Assembly (NCBI GenBank): GCA_965223905.1
Contig: CBDCXV010000001.1
Span: 256,001-320,000 of the forward strand
Direction of reading: 5' to 3'
DNA length: 64,000 nt
From: Candidatus Latescibacterota bacterium
Lineage (GTDB): Bacteria; Latescibacterota; UBA2968; UBA8231
The notes under the pieces were generated by a model that saw nothing but the letters and a program-made list of their open reading frames with translations, made no database searches and was not told the origin of the DNA. Positions 1-9,897 of this stretch are shown piece after piece (the first letter of the stretch is position 1; each line of letters begins with the position of its first letter). The translations under genes were made by a program, and so were the position numbers.

Positions 1-2
1 TT

Positions 3-449
3 TCCCTGACCGACGTTACCGCCACCCTGCTCGCTTTCGCCGGCGTCGACCTGCCGGAGTACATGGACTCGCTGCCGCTGCCCGGCCTCGGCCTGCCCAC
101 GCGGCAGCGCGACGTTTTGATCGGAATGCTCGGAGGCGCCTGGATGGCGTACGACGGGCGCACCAGGCTGGCGAAGTACTCGACCGGCGAATCGCTGATG
201 TTCGATCTCGCCGAAGACCCGGGGGAACAGCGCGACCTGCTGAAGCGCAACGGAGGCGGGAAGGTATTTCGCGATCTCGACGCCGCCATCACCTCACAGG
301 TCATGCGCTCGATCGAGTTCGGACACCTCGACAAGCAGGTGTACGTCTCCGACCTGTCCGCGGACCCGCGCTTCGGCGCCCGCGGCTGGCGGCGCCGGTT
401 TCCGAAGCCGCTGGGAGAGGAAATGCGCAGGGCCGGCTACGCCGGCTGA
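3..449 (+). CDS. Sulfatase-like hydrolase, C-terminal part (5' truncated by window edge)
   Basis: Frame open from position 3: SLTDVTATLLAFAGVDLPEYMDSLPL... and LMFDLAEDPGEQRDL match the typical sulfatase C-terminal pattern. Confidence 0.7.
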   Translation, partial: SLTDVTATLLAFAGVDLPEYMDSLPLPGLGLPTRQRDVLIGMLGGAWMAYDGRTRLAKYSTGESLMFDLAEDPGEQRDLLKRNGGGKVFRDLDAAITSQVMRSIEFGHLDKQVYVSDLSADPRFGARGWRRRFPKPLGEEMRRAGYAG

Positions 450-521
450 TTGCGCTGTCGACCGGGGGAGTTTGGCGCGCGCCTCGTAGATTACCCTTCT
501 GACGCAGCCGGCGGGAAACCC

Positions 522-1715
522 ATGGACTTTTCCATCGACAGGCATCACGACGAACTCCGCCATCGGGCACGCGAGTTCTGCGAGCGCGAGATAGGCCCCC
601 ATGTTCGTGCCTGGGACCGCGCCGGAAGCTTCCCCGAGGGCATGGTCGCAAAGCTTGGCGAAGAGGGATTCCTAGGGCTGTGCATCCCCGAGTCCGAGGG
701 GGGCCGGGGGCAGGATTACCTCGCTCTCGGACTGTTGTGCGAGGAGCTGGAGCGCGCCGACTCCGCCTTCCGGGTACTGCTCTCCGTTCACCTCGGGCTC
801 AACACGCTGGCGCTCCTGCAATGGGGCACCGAGGAGCAGAAACGGCGCTTCTTGCGGCCACAGGCGCAGGGCGAGAAACTCGCGGCCTTCGGGCTGACGG
901 AACCGGAAGCCGGCAGCGACGTCTCCGCCCTCAGGTGCAGCGCCAGACGCGAGGGAGATGCCTATGTCCTCAACGGGGACAAGAGCTGGATCGGCTTTGC
1001 CGATGCCGCCGATCACTTCCTGATATTCGCCAGGACAGGTCCCGGCCCCGGCAGCAGCGGCATCTCCGCCTTCATAGTGGAGCGGGGGGCGCCGGGTCTG
1101 CGTACGTCGAGCATCGAGCACAAGCTCGGCGGACGCGCCGGCAACACCGGCCGCGTTTCGCTGCACGACGTAGCAGTCCCCTTGGAGAACCGACTGGGAG
1201 GCGAAGGAGAGGGCTTCAAGATCGCGATGAGCGCCCTCGACAACGGGCGCTACACGGTGGCTGCCGGCGCCGTCGGGTTGATCGATGCCTGCCTCGAGGC
1301 AAGCGCGAGCTTCGCCCGCGCCCGGGAGGCTTTCGGCAAGGCGATCGGCAGGCAGCAGCTCGTGCAGCAGAAAATCGCGGAAATGGTTGCCGGCAGGGAC
1401 ATCGGGCGCCTGCTCTGGCAAAAGGTCGGCTGGCTGAAAAACCAGGGCCGGCGCTGCACCCGGGAGGTTTCGCTCGCCAAGTGGATCAACTGCCGCAACG
1501 CCTTCGCCGCGGCCGATGCCGCGGTGCAGATTCACGGAGCGCGCGGGTACAGCGACGAGTTCCCGGTGGAGCGCTACCTGCGCAACGCCCGCGGCGCCCG
1601 CATCTACGAAGGGACCGAAGAGATTCACCAGGTCCTGCAGGCGGAATACGCACTCGGCTACCGCGGGGACAAGCCTCTGAAACGGGAGCTTCCCAGGTTC
1701 GGCGGAGCAGGCTGA
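522..1715 (+). CDS. Acyl-CoA dehydrogenase
   Basis: AFGLTEPEAGSD, LNGDKSWI, REAFGKAIG, QIHGARGY, IYEGTEEI motifs; ATG at 522. Confidence 0.95.
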   Translation: MDFSIDRHHDELRHRAREFCEREIGPHVRAWDRAGSFPEGMVAKLGEEGFLGLCIPESEGGRGQDYLALGLLCEELERADSAFRVLLSVHLGLNTLALLQWGTEEQKRRFLRPQAQGEKLAAFGLTEPEAGSDVSALRCSARREGDAYVLNGDKSWIGFADAADHFLIFARTGPGPGSSGISAFIVERGAPGLRTSSIEHKLGGRAGNTGRVSLHDVAVPLENRLGGEGEGFKIAMSALDNGRYTVAAGAVGLIDACLEASASFARAREAFGKAIGRQQLVQQKIAEMVAGRDIGRLLWQKVGWLKNQGRRCTREVSLAKWINCRNAFAAADAAVQIHGARGYSDEFPVERYLRNARGARIYEGTEEIHQVLQAEYALGYRGDKPLKRELPRFGGAG

Positions 1716-1734
1716 AACCCGGGCTTCGCACACC

Positions 1735-3366
1735 ATGTACGAAAGAGATCTGCAGCAACGACCCGCCAACTACGTGCCGCTGACGCCCCTCAGCTTCCTG
1801 GCGCGGGCGGCCCGGGTATACCCGACAAAGAAGGCGGTCATCTACGGCGAGCAGGGGCGCGACTACGGCACTTTGTACGGCCGCTGCCGCCAACTGGCGT
1901 CGGCGTTGCACGACACCGGCGTCGGGAAGGGTGACACCGTGTCGGTGCTGGCGCCGAACGTTCCCGCCATGGTGGAAGCCCATTTTGCCGTGCCGATGGC
2001 GGGGGCCGTTCTCAACACGATCAACACCCGCCTCGATGCCGCCACCGTGGCCTTCATCCTCACCCACGGGGAAACCAAGGTGCTGCTCGTCGACAGCGAG
2101 CTGGCCGGCCTCGCCGCCGAGGCGCTCTCACGCATGCGGGGGGAGGACGCGCCGCTCGTCGTCGCCATCGATGACGAGCTCGCCGACACGACAGGAGCGG
2201 GCGGGGTTGTCGGAGAGGTCGAATACGAAGGGTTCCTCGCCCGCGGCTGCAGCGATTTCGCCTGGGAACCGCCTGAAAACGAATGGCAGGCGATCTCCCT
2301 CAACTACACCTCCGGCACCACCGGCAACCCCAAGGGAGTCGTCTACCACCACCGCGGCGCCTACCTGAACGCGCTCGGCAACGTCATGGCCCTGCAGATG
2401 AGTCCGCGCACGGTATACCTGTGGACGTTGCCCATGTTCCACTGCAACGGGTGGTGCCATCCGTGGGCGCTGGCCGCGGCAGGCGCCACCCAGGTCTGCC
2501 TGCGCAGGACGGAGCCGGCGGCGATCTTTGCCGCAATCGCCCGCCATGGAGTCACCCACATGTGCGGGGCTCCGGTCGTGCTCAACATGCTCATCCACGC
2601 CCCGGACGAGGTGAAACGGCGCTTCGACCACGAGGTGCAGGTCGCCTCCGGGGGTGCCTCCCCCCCGAGTGCGGTCATCTCCAGCATGGCCGAGATGGGG
2701 TTCCGGGTGCACCACCTGTACGGACTGACCGAGACCTACGGCCCGGCGACGCTGTGCGCCTGGCAGCATGGTTGGGACGATCTCGACGAGAAGTCGCAGG
2801 CCGAACGGATCGCCCGTCAGGGAGTGGCCTTGCCGACTCTCGAGGAGGTGCGCGTGTGCGATCCCGAAAGCTTCGAGGAGGTCCCCGCGGACGCGGCGAC
2901 CATCGGGGAGATCATGGTGCGGGGAAACACTGTGATGAAGGGGTACCTCAAGAACGGCGAGGCCTCGCGGGCGGCCTTCGCCGGAGGATGGTTCCACACC
3001 GGCGACCTGGGCGTCGTTCACGAGGACGGATACGTCGAGGTAAAGGACCGCTCCAAGGACATCATCATTTCGGGGGGCGAGAACATCTCGACCCTCGAGG
3101 TCGAAGAGGTCCTCTACCGCCACCCCGCGGTGATGGAAGCCGCGGTGGTCGCCCGCCCCGACGACAAGTGGGGGGAAACCCCCTGCGCCTTCGTCGCCCT
3201 GGCGCCGTCAGCTGAACCGGTCACCGACGACGAGCTCCTCAGGTACTGCCGCGACCACCTCGCTCACTTCAAGGCGCCCAGGACAGTAGTGTTCGGTGAG
3301 CTCCCCAAAACTTCGACAGGAAAGATCCAGAAATTCCTGCTGCGCGAGCGGGCGGCTGCCCTGTGA
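1735..3366 (+). CDS. Acyl-CoA synthetase (AMP-binding, medium-chain/DmdB-like)
   Basis: YTSGTTGNPKG, YGLTETYGP, WFHTGD, DRSKDIIISGGEN, PKTSTGKIQK motifs. Confidence 0.95.
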   Translation: MYERDLQQRPANYVPLTPLSFLARAARVYPTKKAVIYGEQGRDYGTLYGRCRQLASALHDTGVGKGDTVSVLAPNVPAMVEAHFAVPMAGAVLNTINTRLDAATVAFILTHGETKVLLVDSELAGLAAEALSRMRGEDAPLVVAIDDELADTTGAGGVVGEVEYEGFLARGCSDFAWEPPENEWQAISLNYTSGTTGNPKGVVYHHRGAYLNALGNVMALQMSPRTVYLWTLPMFHCNGWCHPWALAAAGATQVCLRRTEPAAIFAAIARHGVTHMCGAPVVLNMLIHAPDEVKRRFDHEVQVASGGASPPSAVISSMAEMGFRVHHLYGLTETYGPATLCAWQHGWDDLDEKSQAERIARQGVALPTLEEVRVCDPESFEEVPADAATIGEIMVRGNTVMKGYLKNGEASRAAFAGGWFHTGDLGVVHEDGYVEVKDRSKDIIISGGENISTLEVEEVLYRHPAVMEAAVVARPDDKWGETPCAFVALAPSAEPVTDDELLRYCRDHLAHFKAPRTVVFGELPKTSTGKIQKFLLRERAAAL

Positions 3367-3422
3367 GCAGGAAGCCCCTTCGGGCCTGCCAGCTCTTGCC
3401 GCGATGGGTTTCCCCAAACCGC

Positions 3423-3446
3423 AGCATCCCCCGAGAAAGGGGTGCT
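3423..3446. terminator. Stem-loop between convergent genes (possible terminator)
   Basis: AGCATCCCC-CGAGAAA-GGGGTGCT inverted repeat directly after the stop of the minus-strand small gene; no clear U-tract. Confidence 0.4.
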
Positions 3447-3670
3447 CAACCGGACAGCTCGGCGAGAACTTCCTCCATCGACCAAAGGCGCTCGGCATTT
3501 TCGATCAGTGCATCGATAATGAATGGATGCGCCTTGACCGTGCGGTTGTCGATGAACTCGAAGCCGGGGGACCAGTTACCCTTGGTATCCCTCGTATACA
3601 TGCTGCTGTCCTCTATGACGGTAATCTCGCCGTCTCGGCCTTCTGCGCCTTTGTACCTGTACTGGGCCAC
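3446..3670 (-). CDS. Small hypothetical protein (74 aa, MAQYRYKGAEG...)
   Basis: GTG start preceded by GGGAGG RBS (3677-3682) and a consensus sigma54 promoter about 45 nt upstream. Confidence 0.7.
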   Translation of the reverse strand: MAQYRYKGAEGRDGEITVIEDSSMYTRDTKGNWSPGFEFIDNRTVKAHPFIIDALIENAERLWSMEEVLAELSG

Positions 3671-3714
3671 GATCTTCCTCCCGTGATCAGCTCCTGTGCA
3701 CTGTTGGATAACAC

Positions 3715-3730
3715 GCAAATCGCGTGCCAA
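3715..3730 (-). promoter_or_regulatory. Sigma54 (-24/-12) promoter
   Basis: Minus strand TTGGCAC-GCGAT-TTGC matches TGGCAC-N5-TTGC exactly, correctly placed upstream of an RBS and start codon. Confidence 0.8.
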
Positions 3731-4025
3731 TAACACACCCGAAACTGTCTGATTCGAGCCAACTCATTGTTGCACATGGTAGTTGGGGAAAACATTCCAG
3801 GTGGCGACAATTCTCCTGCAGGATTCGAGAACCGAGGGTTGCACTCAGGAATCTGGTACGGGGTCATGTTTTTCTATATAGGAAAAGGTTGCAGCATGCA
3901 CCCGGTGATGGACCAAAGCACGGGACAGAGACCATGGAACCGGTCCCGGCGGCGGTATGCATAGCACGGCACACACCCCGTTTCCGACAGGTTACAGCCG
4001 AGGGGCTCCGCGTTTCCTCGACGCA

Positions 4026-4048
4026 CTGTCCCGCACGATTCGGGACAG
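4026..4048. repeat. Perfect inverted repeat CTGTCCCG-N7-CGGGACAG (candidate activator binding site)
   Basis: Seen directly; related CGGGAC/GTCCCG pair at 3921-3948. Confidence 0.5.
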
Positions 4049-4220
4049 ATTTGCCAGTCAAGAGACTGTAGCCTGCGCCCGATGTTGGGGTTCTTTCGGA
4101 CGAATCCCCAACTGCGACGGCCAAGCCGCTGAGTTTCCGGCTCATGGTTTACCGCGTTCTCCTCCCGGCGCACATGGTGACTTTGAGCAACCGGGCCCGC
4201 AATGCTTTCTTTCCGGTGAA

Positions 4221-4499
4221 ATGCCGAAAGTCGAAATCTACCTTAGCCCGTTCTGCGGGTACTGCTGGAAGGCGCGCCTGATGCTGTGGCGAAAGGGGAT
4301 TCGATACACCAAGATCCCCATTCGCTTCTACCTCGGCTTCAAGCTGCCGACCGCGAATTTCCAGGAAATGCTGCGTCGCACCGGTGGAGATCGCACAATC
4401 CCTCAGATCTTCGTCGACGGGGAGTATCTGGGTACCGAGGAGACCCTCGACGAGCTCGACCGCCTGGGTGAGCTGGAGAAACGCCTGGGAGGCGCCTGA
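4221..4499 (+). CDS. Glutaredoxin (GrxC-like, CGYC)
   Basis: VEIYLSPFCGYC and RTIPQIFVDG motifs; ATG at 4221. Confidence 0.85.
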   Translation: MPKVEIYLSPFCGYCWKARLMLWRKGIRYTKIPIRFYLGFKLPTANFQEMLRRTGGDRTIPQIFVDGEYLGTEETLDELDRLGELEKRLGGA

Positions 4500-4505
4500 G
4501 CGACG

Positions 4506-5414
4506 ATGGAGATGCTCGACTACAAGGCGGAAATGCTGGGTGACGTTGCCGGTCTCTTCACCAGGGGGGTCGCGAACGTGCCCAACTGCTGGCCGGTGGA
4601 CGATGCGGATTTCGCCGGGGGGATCGCCGCGGTCTCAGGAGGCGAATGCGACGGCGGACCTCCCGTCGAGGACCAAGCTCTGTCCGTGGCGACGGTCAGG
4701 GGCGAGGTCGTCGGATTCGCACATTTCGGCATTGACCGCCGGGACCCTGACGAACCTCCGCGCGGAGCGATCTGCTTCCTCTATTACGAGCGCGGCTGCC
4801 GCTCCGCCGGCCAAGGGCTGCTCGCCGCGACCGAGAGTACGTTCGCGGCGCGTTCCCTCACCGAAGTCTGCGCCTTCGACTCGAGCTACCGCTACCGCTT
4901 CTACTGCTTTCCCCACGCCTACCTCTCCGATCACCTCGACCACGTCAGCGCCCTGCTGCAGTTCAACGGCTACCGGCTCACGGGGGGCGAGGTCTTTCTC
5001 AACGGACTCGACTACGAAACCGCCGAGCTGCCGCACGCCGACCTCGACTTCGACCTCGCAGTAACCTGGCCCCGTGAAAGAGGCCGGCGCCCCGGCTGCC
5101 ACGTTTTGGCGCACCGGGACGGAGAAACCATTGGTGAATGCAAGATCACCTGCGGCGGCGACTACTCGCGCCACCCCGATGCCCAGGATTTCGGCTTCGT
5201 CGACTGGCTGGGGGTGGAGAAGCCGTATCAGCACCGGGGCCTGGGAAAGCTGTTGTTGTTTCATGCCCGCAACGAGATGCTGGCAGTCGGATACCGACAC
5301 ACCGCCATCAGCACCGCCCGCCACAACAACCGCGCCTTTCTTTTCTACAGCAATCACGGCTACCGCGTCGTCGACTGGACCTACCAGTTGAGCAAGTCGC
5401 TCGACCCGGCATGA
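4506..5414 (+). CDS. GNAT-family N-acetyltransferase (tandem domains)
   Basis: C-terminal LGVEKPYQHRGLGKLL acetyl-CoA motif and N..A..FYSNHGY. Confidence 0.8.
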   Translation: MEMLDYKAEMLGDVAGLFTRGVANVPNCWPVDDADFAGGIAAVSGGECDGGPPVEDQALSVATVRGEVVGFAHFGIDRRDPDEPPRGAICFLYYERGCRSAGQGLLAATESTFAARSLTEVCAFDSSYRYRFYCFPHAYLSDHLDHVSALLQFNGYRLTGGEVFLNGLDYETAELPHADLDFDLAVTWPRERGRRPGCHVLAHRDGETIGECKITCGGDYSRHPDAQDFGFVDWLGVEKPYQHRGLGKLLLFHARNEMLAVGYRHTAISTARHNNRAFLFYSNHGYRVVDWTYQLSKSLDPA

Positions 5415-5496
5415 GGGGGGCGACAGCGCCGCCTGGGTCTCTCGAGGAGGTCCTGGTTCATGCCTGCCTCCGGCGGGCGTGAGCTGCGGTCAGGCG

Positions 5497-6744
5497 ATGG
5501 GCACCGGAGCTCATGATCCCTACGCCGCCTTCCGGGTGGCGAACTTCCGCCGCTATCTGTACGGCCGCGTCGGCCTCGCGGTCGGCACCCACGTTCAGGA
5601 AATCGCCGTCGGCTGGGAGATGTACCAGCGCACCGGAGAGGCGCTGGCTCTGGGGATGGTCGGCTTGGTGCAGGCGGTGCCCTGGATGGCACTGGCTCTT
5701 CCCGCCGGGTACCTGGCGGATCGCTTCGACCGGCGGCGGGTGGCCCTGCTCAGCCTGACCGGGGCCACCCTCACCTCGCTGGGACTGGCAGCCCTGTCGA
5801 TTGCTGAGGGACCGGTAGAGGCGATGTACGCCCTGTTGCTTCTCGATGCGGCCTCCAACGTCCTCGGAAGTCCGGCGCGTACAGCCCTGCTGCCGCAAAT
5901 CGTGCCGCGACCGGTCTTCCACAACGCCGTCACCTGGAACAGCAGCATGTGGCAGCTGACATCGGTGCTGGGTCCGGCCGCAGGCGGTCTGGTGATCGTC
6001 TGGTCGGTTCCCGCCGCCTATTTCTGCGCCGCCGCAGGTTCCCTCGTTTTCATCTTCATGTTCGGCCGCATCCGACTGCAGCGGGACGAACGCGAGGCAG
6101 CGCCGACCTCCGCGGCCATGATTCTGGGAGGTGTCCGCTACATCTGGCGCTCGCGGCTGGTGCTCGCCGCGGTCAGCCTCGACATGTTCGCCGTGCTGTT
6201 CGGCGGCGCCGTCTACCTGCTTCCCATCTTCGCCAAGGACATCCTCGAGGTGGGAGCCGGCGGCCTCGGCTGGCTTCGCGCCGCCCCTGCGGCCGGGGCT
6301 TTCTGCATGGCCATCCTGCTGGCCCACTTGCCGCCGATGCGGAAGAGCGGTCGCAATCTCCTGTGGTGCGTCGCCGGATTCGGGATGGCCACCATCATCT
6401 TCGGCCTGTCGGCCTCGTTCTGGCTGTCCCTCGCCATGCTGTTTCTCACCGGCGCCTTCGACCAGGTGAGCATGGTGATCCGCCACACCCTGGTTCAGCT
6501 GCTGACCCCGGACGAGATGCGGGGCCGTGTCACCGCGGTCAACAGCGTCTTCATCTCCGCTTCCAACAACCTGGGCGGCATGGAATCAGGTCTCGTCGCG
6601 CATTGGTTCGGTCCGGTTTTCTCGGTGGTAAGCGGCGGTATCGGCTCGATCCTGGTGGTCGCCCTCACCGCAGCCGCCTCGCCCCGGCTGCGACGGTTCG
6701 GATCGCTGCGCGACGTGCAGAGCGAGCGCCACCCGGTTTCTTGA
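5497..6744 (+). CDS. MFS transporter (EntS/DHA3-like)
   Basis: AGYLADRFDRRR motif A, about 12 hydrophobic segments, PDEMRGRV. Confidence 0.9.
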   Translation: MGTGAHDPYAAFRVANFRRYLYGRVGLAVGTHVQEIAVGWEMYQRTGEALALGMVGLVQAVPWMALALPAGYLADRFDRRRVALLSLTGATLTSLGLAALSIAEGPVEAMYALLLLDAASNVLGSPARTALLPQIVPRPVFHNAVTWNSSMWQLTSVLGPAAGGLVIVWSVPAAYFCAAAGSLVFIFMFGRIRLQRDEREAAPTSAAMILGGVRYIWRSRLVLAAVSLDMFAVLFGGAVYLLPIFAKDILEVGAGGLGWLRAAPAAGAFCMAILLAHLPPMRKSGRNLLWCVAGFGMATIIFGLSASFWLSLAMLFLTGAFDQVSMVIRHTLVQLLTPDEMRGRVTAVNSVFISASNNLGGMESGLVAHWFGPVFSVVSGGIGSILVVALTAAASPRLRRFGSLRDVQSERHPVS

Positions 6745-6770
6745 CACTCCCGGGATCCGGCGGCGACAAT
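6741..6770 (+). promoter_or_regulatory. Putative sigma70 promoter
   Basis: TTGACA-N18-GACAAT upstream of the 6811 start. Confidence 0.45.
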
Positions 6771-6810
6771 AGTAGACCGGTTCAGACAGCCGCCTGATCT
6801 CCCACCGACT

Positions 6811-7917
6811 ATGCACATGAAAATCACCGGCGTACAGACCGTTCGAGTACCGACGCTGCGCCACGCCGAGCTGGGGTACCTCGTGCTCGTCCATACGGAC
6901 GAGGGAATTACCGGCCTCGGTGAGGTCGCATCCGACTGCCACCGCGACACCGTGGCGCACGCGATCGGGCAGATGGACCTCATCGGGCGCGACGCGAGCC
7001 GCATCGAGTCGTTCTGGCTGTCGTTCGGCCTCCGCGACACGTTCTGGCGCGGCGGACCGATCTGGTACTCCGCGGTCAGCGCGGTCGAGCAGGCGCTGTG
7101 GGATATCAAGGGCAGGCAGCTCGGCGTTCCGGTGTACGAGCTTCTCGGAGGGCGGGTGCGGGACCGGATCAAGCTCTACACCCACACCCGCTTCGGCGAC
7201 ACGACTCCCGGAGATTTCGCCGCCTCCGCGGCCGACGCCGTTGCCGCGGGATTCTCCGCGGTGAAGTTCGATCCACTCGGCAACGCCCATCAGTCCATGA
7301 GCCCGCAGGAGATGCGCCTCGCCGTCGACCGCGTACGCGCGACCCGCGAGGCGATCGGTCCCGACGCCGGCCTGCTGATCGAGGGGCACGGCCGCCTGAG
7401 TCCCAACATGGCGATCCGCATGGCCCACCGCTTCGAGGAGTTCGACCCGTTCTTTTTCGAGGAGCCGGTCGCGCCGGAGAACGTCGATGAAATGGCCAAG
7501 GTGGCGGCCTCGGTGAATGTTCCGATCGCCACAGGGGAGCGGCTCTACACCCGCTGGGGATTCCGCGACCTGCTCGAAAAACAGGCCGCCGACTACATAC
7601 AGCCCGACCTATGCCACTGCGGCGGGTTCGCCGAGGGACGCAAGATCGCCGCCATGGCCGAGACCTACCACGTGCACGTGCTGCCCCACAATCCCAACGG
7701 TCCCATCTCGACGCTGGTCGGCCTGCATCTGGGCGCTTGCACCCCCAATTTCGAAATGCTCGAATACCCGCGCCGTCCCGACGACGTGGTGCCTCTCTTG
7801 AAGGGTGTGCCGGAACCATCCGGCGGGCATATCGACGTGCCCGACGGACCGGGATGGGGTGTCGAAGTCGACGAAGAGGTGCTCGCAGACCTCGTGGCCC
7901 GCCAGGAAGGAATTTGA
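6811..7917 (+). CDS. Mandelate racemase/muconate lactonizing family enzyme (galactonate dehydratase-like)
   Basis: EQALWDIKGRQLGVPVYELLGG, KFD, EGHGR, FFEEP, ATGER, QPD, PHNP motifs. Confidence 0.9.
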   Translation: MHMKITGVQTVRVPTLRHAELGYLVLVHTDEGITGLGEVASDCHRDTVAHAIGQMDLIGRDASRIESFWLSFGLRDTFWRGGPIWYSAVSAVEQALWDIKGRQLGVPVYELLGGRVRDRIKLYTHTRFGDTTPGDFAASAADAVAAGFSAVKFDPLGNAHQSMSPQEMRLAVDRVRATREAIGPDAGLLIEGHGRLSPNMAIRMAHRFEEFDPFFFEEPVAPENVDEMAKVAASVNVPIATGERLYTRWGFRDLLEKQAADYIQPDLCHCGGFAEGRKIAAMAETYHVHVLPHNPNGPISTLVGLHLGACTPNFEMLEYPRRPDDVVPLLKGVPEPSGGHIDVPDGPGWGVEVDEEVLADLVARQEGI

Positions 7918-7921
7918 ACCA

Positions 7922-8965
7922 ATGCCAGATACGTACAATGCCGCCATCATCGGCCTGGGGTTCATCGGCGGAGGGGACCAGGTCTCGGGGGATGCCCTGG
8001 GGCAGCGCGTGGAGAACCTCGACGGCACCCACTTCAGCGCCCTTTCGCAGCATCCCAGGATCGAGCTGGTCGCCGGCAGCAGCCGCGACGAGGGGCGGCG
8101 ACAGCGCTTCGCCGAACGCTCCGGGGGCTGCCGCACCTACGCCGACTGGAGCGAGCTACTCGACCGGGAGCAGATCGACATCGCCAGCGTCGCCACCTAT
8201 GCCCCGCAGCACGCCGAGGTCGCCATCGCCTGCGCCCGGTCCGGGGTGAAGGTGATCTACTGCGAAAAACCGGTTGCCCAGACCTTGCCCGACGCCGAGG
8301 CGATGCTCGAGGCCTGCGCGGAGTCCGGAACCCTCTTGGTCGTCAACCACAACCGCCGCTTCACCGCCGACTTCCGCTTGCTGCGCGACCGCATCGCCGC
8401 CGGTGATCTCGGCGATCTCACCTCTATCTCGGTGCAGTGGCCGGCAGGCAGACTGGGTAACGTCGGAACCCACGTCTTCGACGCGGTGCGCATGGCCTCG
8501 GGCCGCAAGGTCGAAGCGGTGTCCGGCACCCTCGACCTTGCGGGCAAGCCGGACTGCCGCGGTCCGGGTTTCAATGATCCGGGCGGCTGGGGTCTGCTCC
8601 GCCTCGAAGGAGGGCTGATCGCCACCGTCGACGCCGCCGACTACGCAACCATCCCGATGCGCGTCTGCTTCAACGGCACCAGTGCCAGGGCGGCCTGCGA
8701 GTTCGAGGAAATTGCGATCGAATTCGCCTCCGGCGGCAGTGAGCGCCTCACCGCGCCGGGTCCGCAGAGTTCCGCCATGGACGTCGCCGTGGGGGAGATC
8801 GTCGACTGGCTCGACGGCAGGGGGGCCTTTCTCTACGACGCGCAAGAAGCGGTCGACACTCTCGAAACCATCGTCGCCTTCCACGCCTCCCACCGCCGCG
8901 ACGCGGCCTGGACGGCGCTGCCCCTGCGGGGAGCCGACCGCGAGATCGTAGTCAACAGCGGCTGA
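7922..8965 (+). CDS. Gfo/Idh/MocA oxidoreductase
   Basis: IIGLGFIG Rossmann motif, CEKPVA, VNHNRRF, GTHVFD. Confidence 0.9.
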   Translation: MPDTYNAAIIGLGFIGGGDQVSGDALGQRVENLDGTHFSALSQHPRIELVAGSSRDEGRRQRFAERSGGCRTYADWSELLDREQIDIASVATYAPQHAEVAIACARSGVKVIYCEKPVAQTLPDAEAMLEACAESGTLLVVNHNRRFTADFRLLRDRIAAGDLGDLTSISVQWPAGRLGNVGTHVFDAVRMASGRKVEAVSGTLDLAGKPDCRGPGFNDPGGWGLLRLEGGLIATVDAADYATIPMRVCFNGTSARAACEFEEIAIEFASGGSERLTAPGPQSSAMDVAVGEIVDWLDGRGAFLYDAQEAVDTLETIVAFHASHRRDAAWTALPLRGADREIVVNSG

Positions 8966-9060
8966 AAGGGGCAGCCGGCGTCCGGCGAGGACGACGAAGG
9001 CCGCCAGCTTCACCCCCGCTTCAGGTGCTCGATTTTGTGTCCTGTCCAGCTCAGGTATCC

Positions 9061-9118
9061 TGCCAATTCTTCCGCCGATTGATCCCCTCGGCCGCTGGAT
9101 TTTGGCAATTTTTTTTTC
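9061..9118 (+). terminator. Possible intrinsic terminator
   Basis: TGCCAA...GCCGA-loop-TCGGC...TTGGCA stem-loop followed by a long T run. Confidence 0.4.
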
Positions 9119-9174
9119 GTGACGGGACACTCGCGGGCTATATACAGCCAATCAACTCAAGAAAGGATACCGAT

Positions 9175-9897
9175 ATGTTCGGGAAAATCACCAACGAGCA
9201 CGGGGAAACGATCGATTATACTTGTCACGACGGCGGCGGCGACAGCCTTGCCGTACTGGGACACGGCGTTACCGGAAACAAGGACCGCCCCTTCGTGAAA
9301 GCCCTCGCCGAGGGCCTGTCCGCGGCCGGCATCTCGGCGTTGCGCCTTTCGTTTTCCGGCAACGGCAGGTCGGGCGGCCGCTTCCAGGACTGCACGGTCA
9401 GCAAGGAGGTCGCCGATCTGGGAGCCGTCCTCGACGCCGTCGGTGACCGCCGCGTCGGCTACGTCGGTCACAGCATGGGGGGAGCGGTCGGCGTCATCCG
9501 CGCCAGCGAGGACGAGCGCCTGCGATGGCTGGTTTCGCTAGCGGGCATGGTTCACACCGAAGCCTTCGCGCAGCGCGAGTTCGGCGACGTCGTACCCGGC
9601 TCCGGGTTCATGTGGGAGGACGAGGATTGTCCCCTGTCACAGGTCTTCATGGACGACATGGCCGCCATCTCCACCGTCGCCGATCGCGGCGCTGCGATCG
9701 GCGTTCCCTGGCTGCTGGTCCACGGCAGCGAGGACGATGTCGTGCCGCTCGAGGATTCGCGCGACATCGTGGCCCGGGCCGGAGAACCGAAGCGCCGCCT
9801 CCTCGAGATCGAGGGGGCCGACCACGTCTTCAGCGATGGCGCTACCGAGGCCATGGTCGCGGCCGTTGTCGAGTGGATTCAGGAGTCGGCTGGATAG
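9175..9897 (+). CDS. Alpha/beta hydrolase
   Basis: HGVTG, GHSMGG nucleophile elbow, VHGSEDDVVP, GADHVF; AAGGA RBS. Confidence 0.9.
   Translation: MFGKITNEHGETIDYTCHDGGGDSLAVLGHGVTGNKDRPFVKALAEGLSAAGISALRLSFSGNGRSGGRFQDCTVSKEVADLGAVLDAVGDRRVGYVGHSMGGAVGVIRASEDERLRWLVSLAGMVHTEAFAQREFGDVVPGSGFMWEDEDCPLSQVFMDDMAAISTVADRGAAIGVPWLLVHGSEDDVVPLEDSRDIVARAGEPKRRLLEIEGADHVFSDGATEAMVAAVVEWIQESAG

Noticed and set aside
3960-4070. c-di-GMP or other known riboswitch
   Set aside because: GGCAAA and hairpins are present, but I could not match the full consensus; needs an Infernal scan
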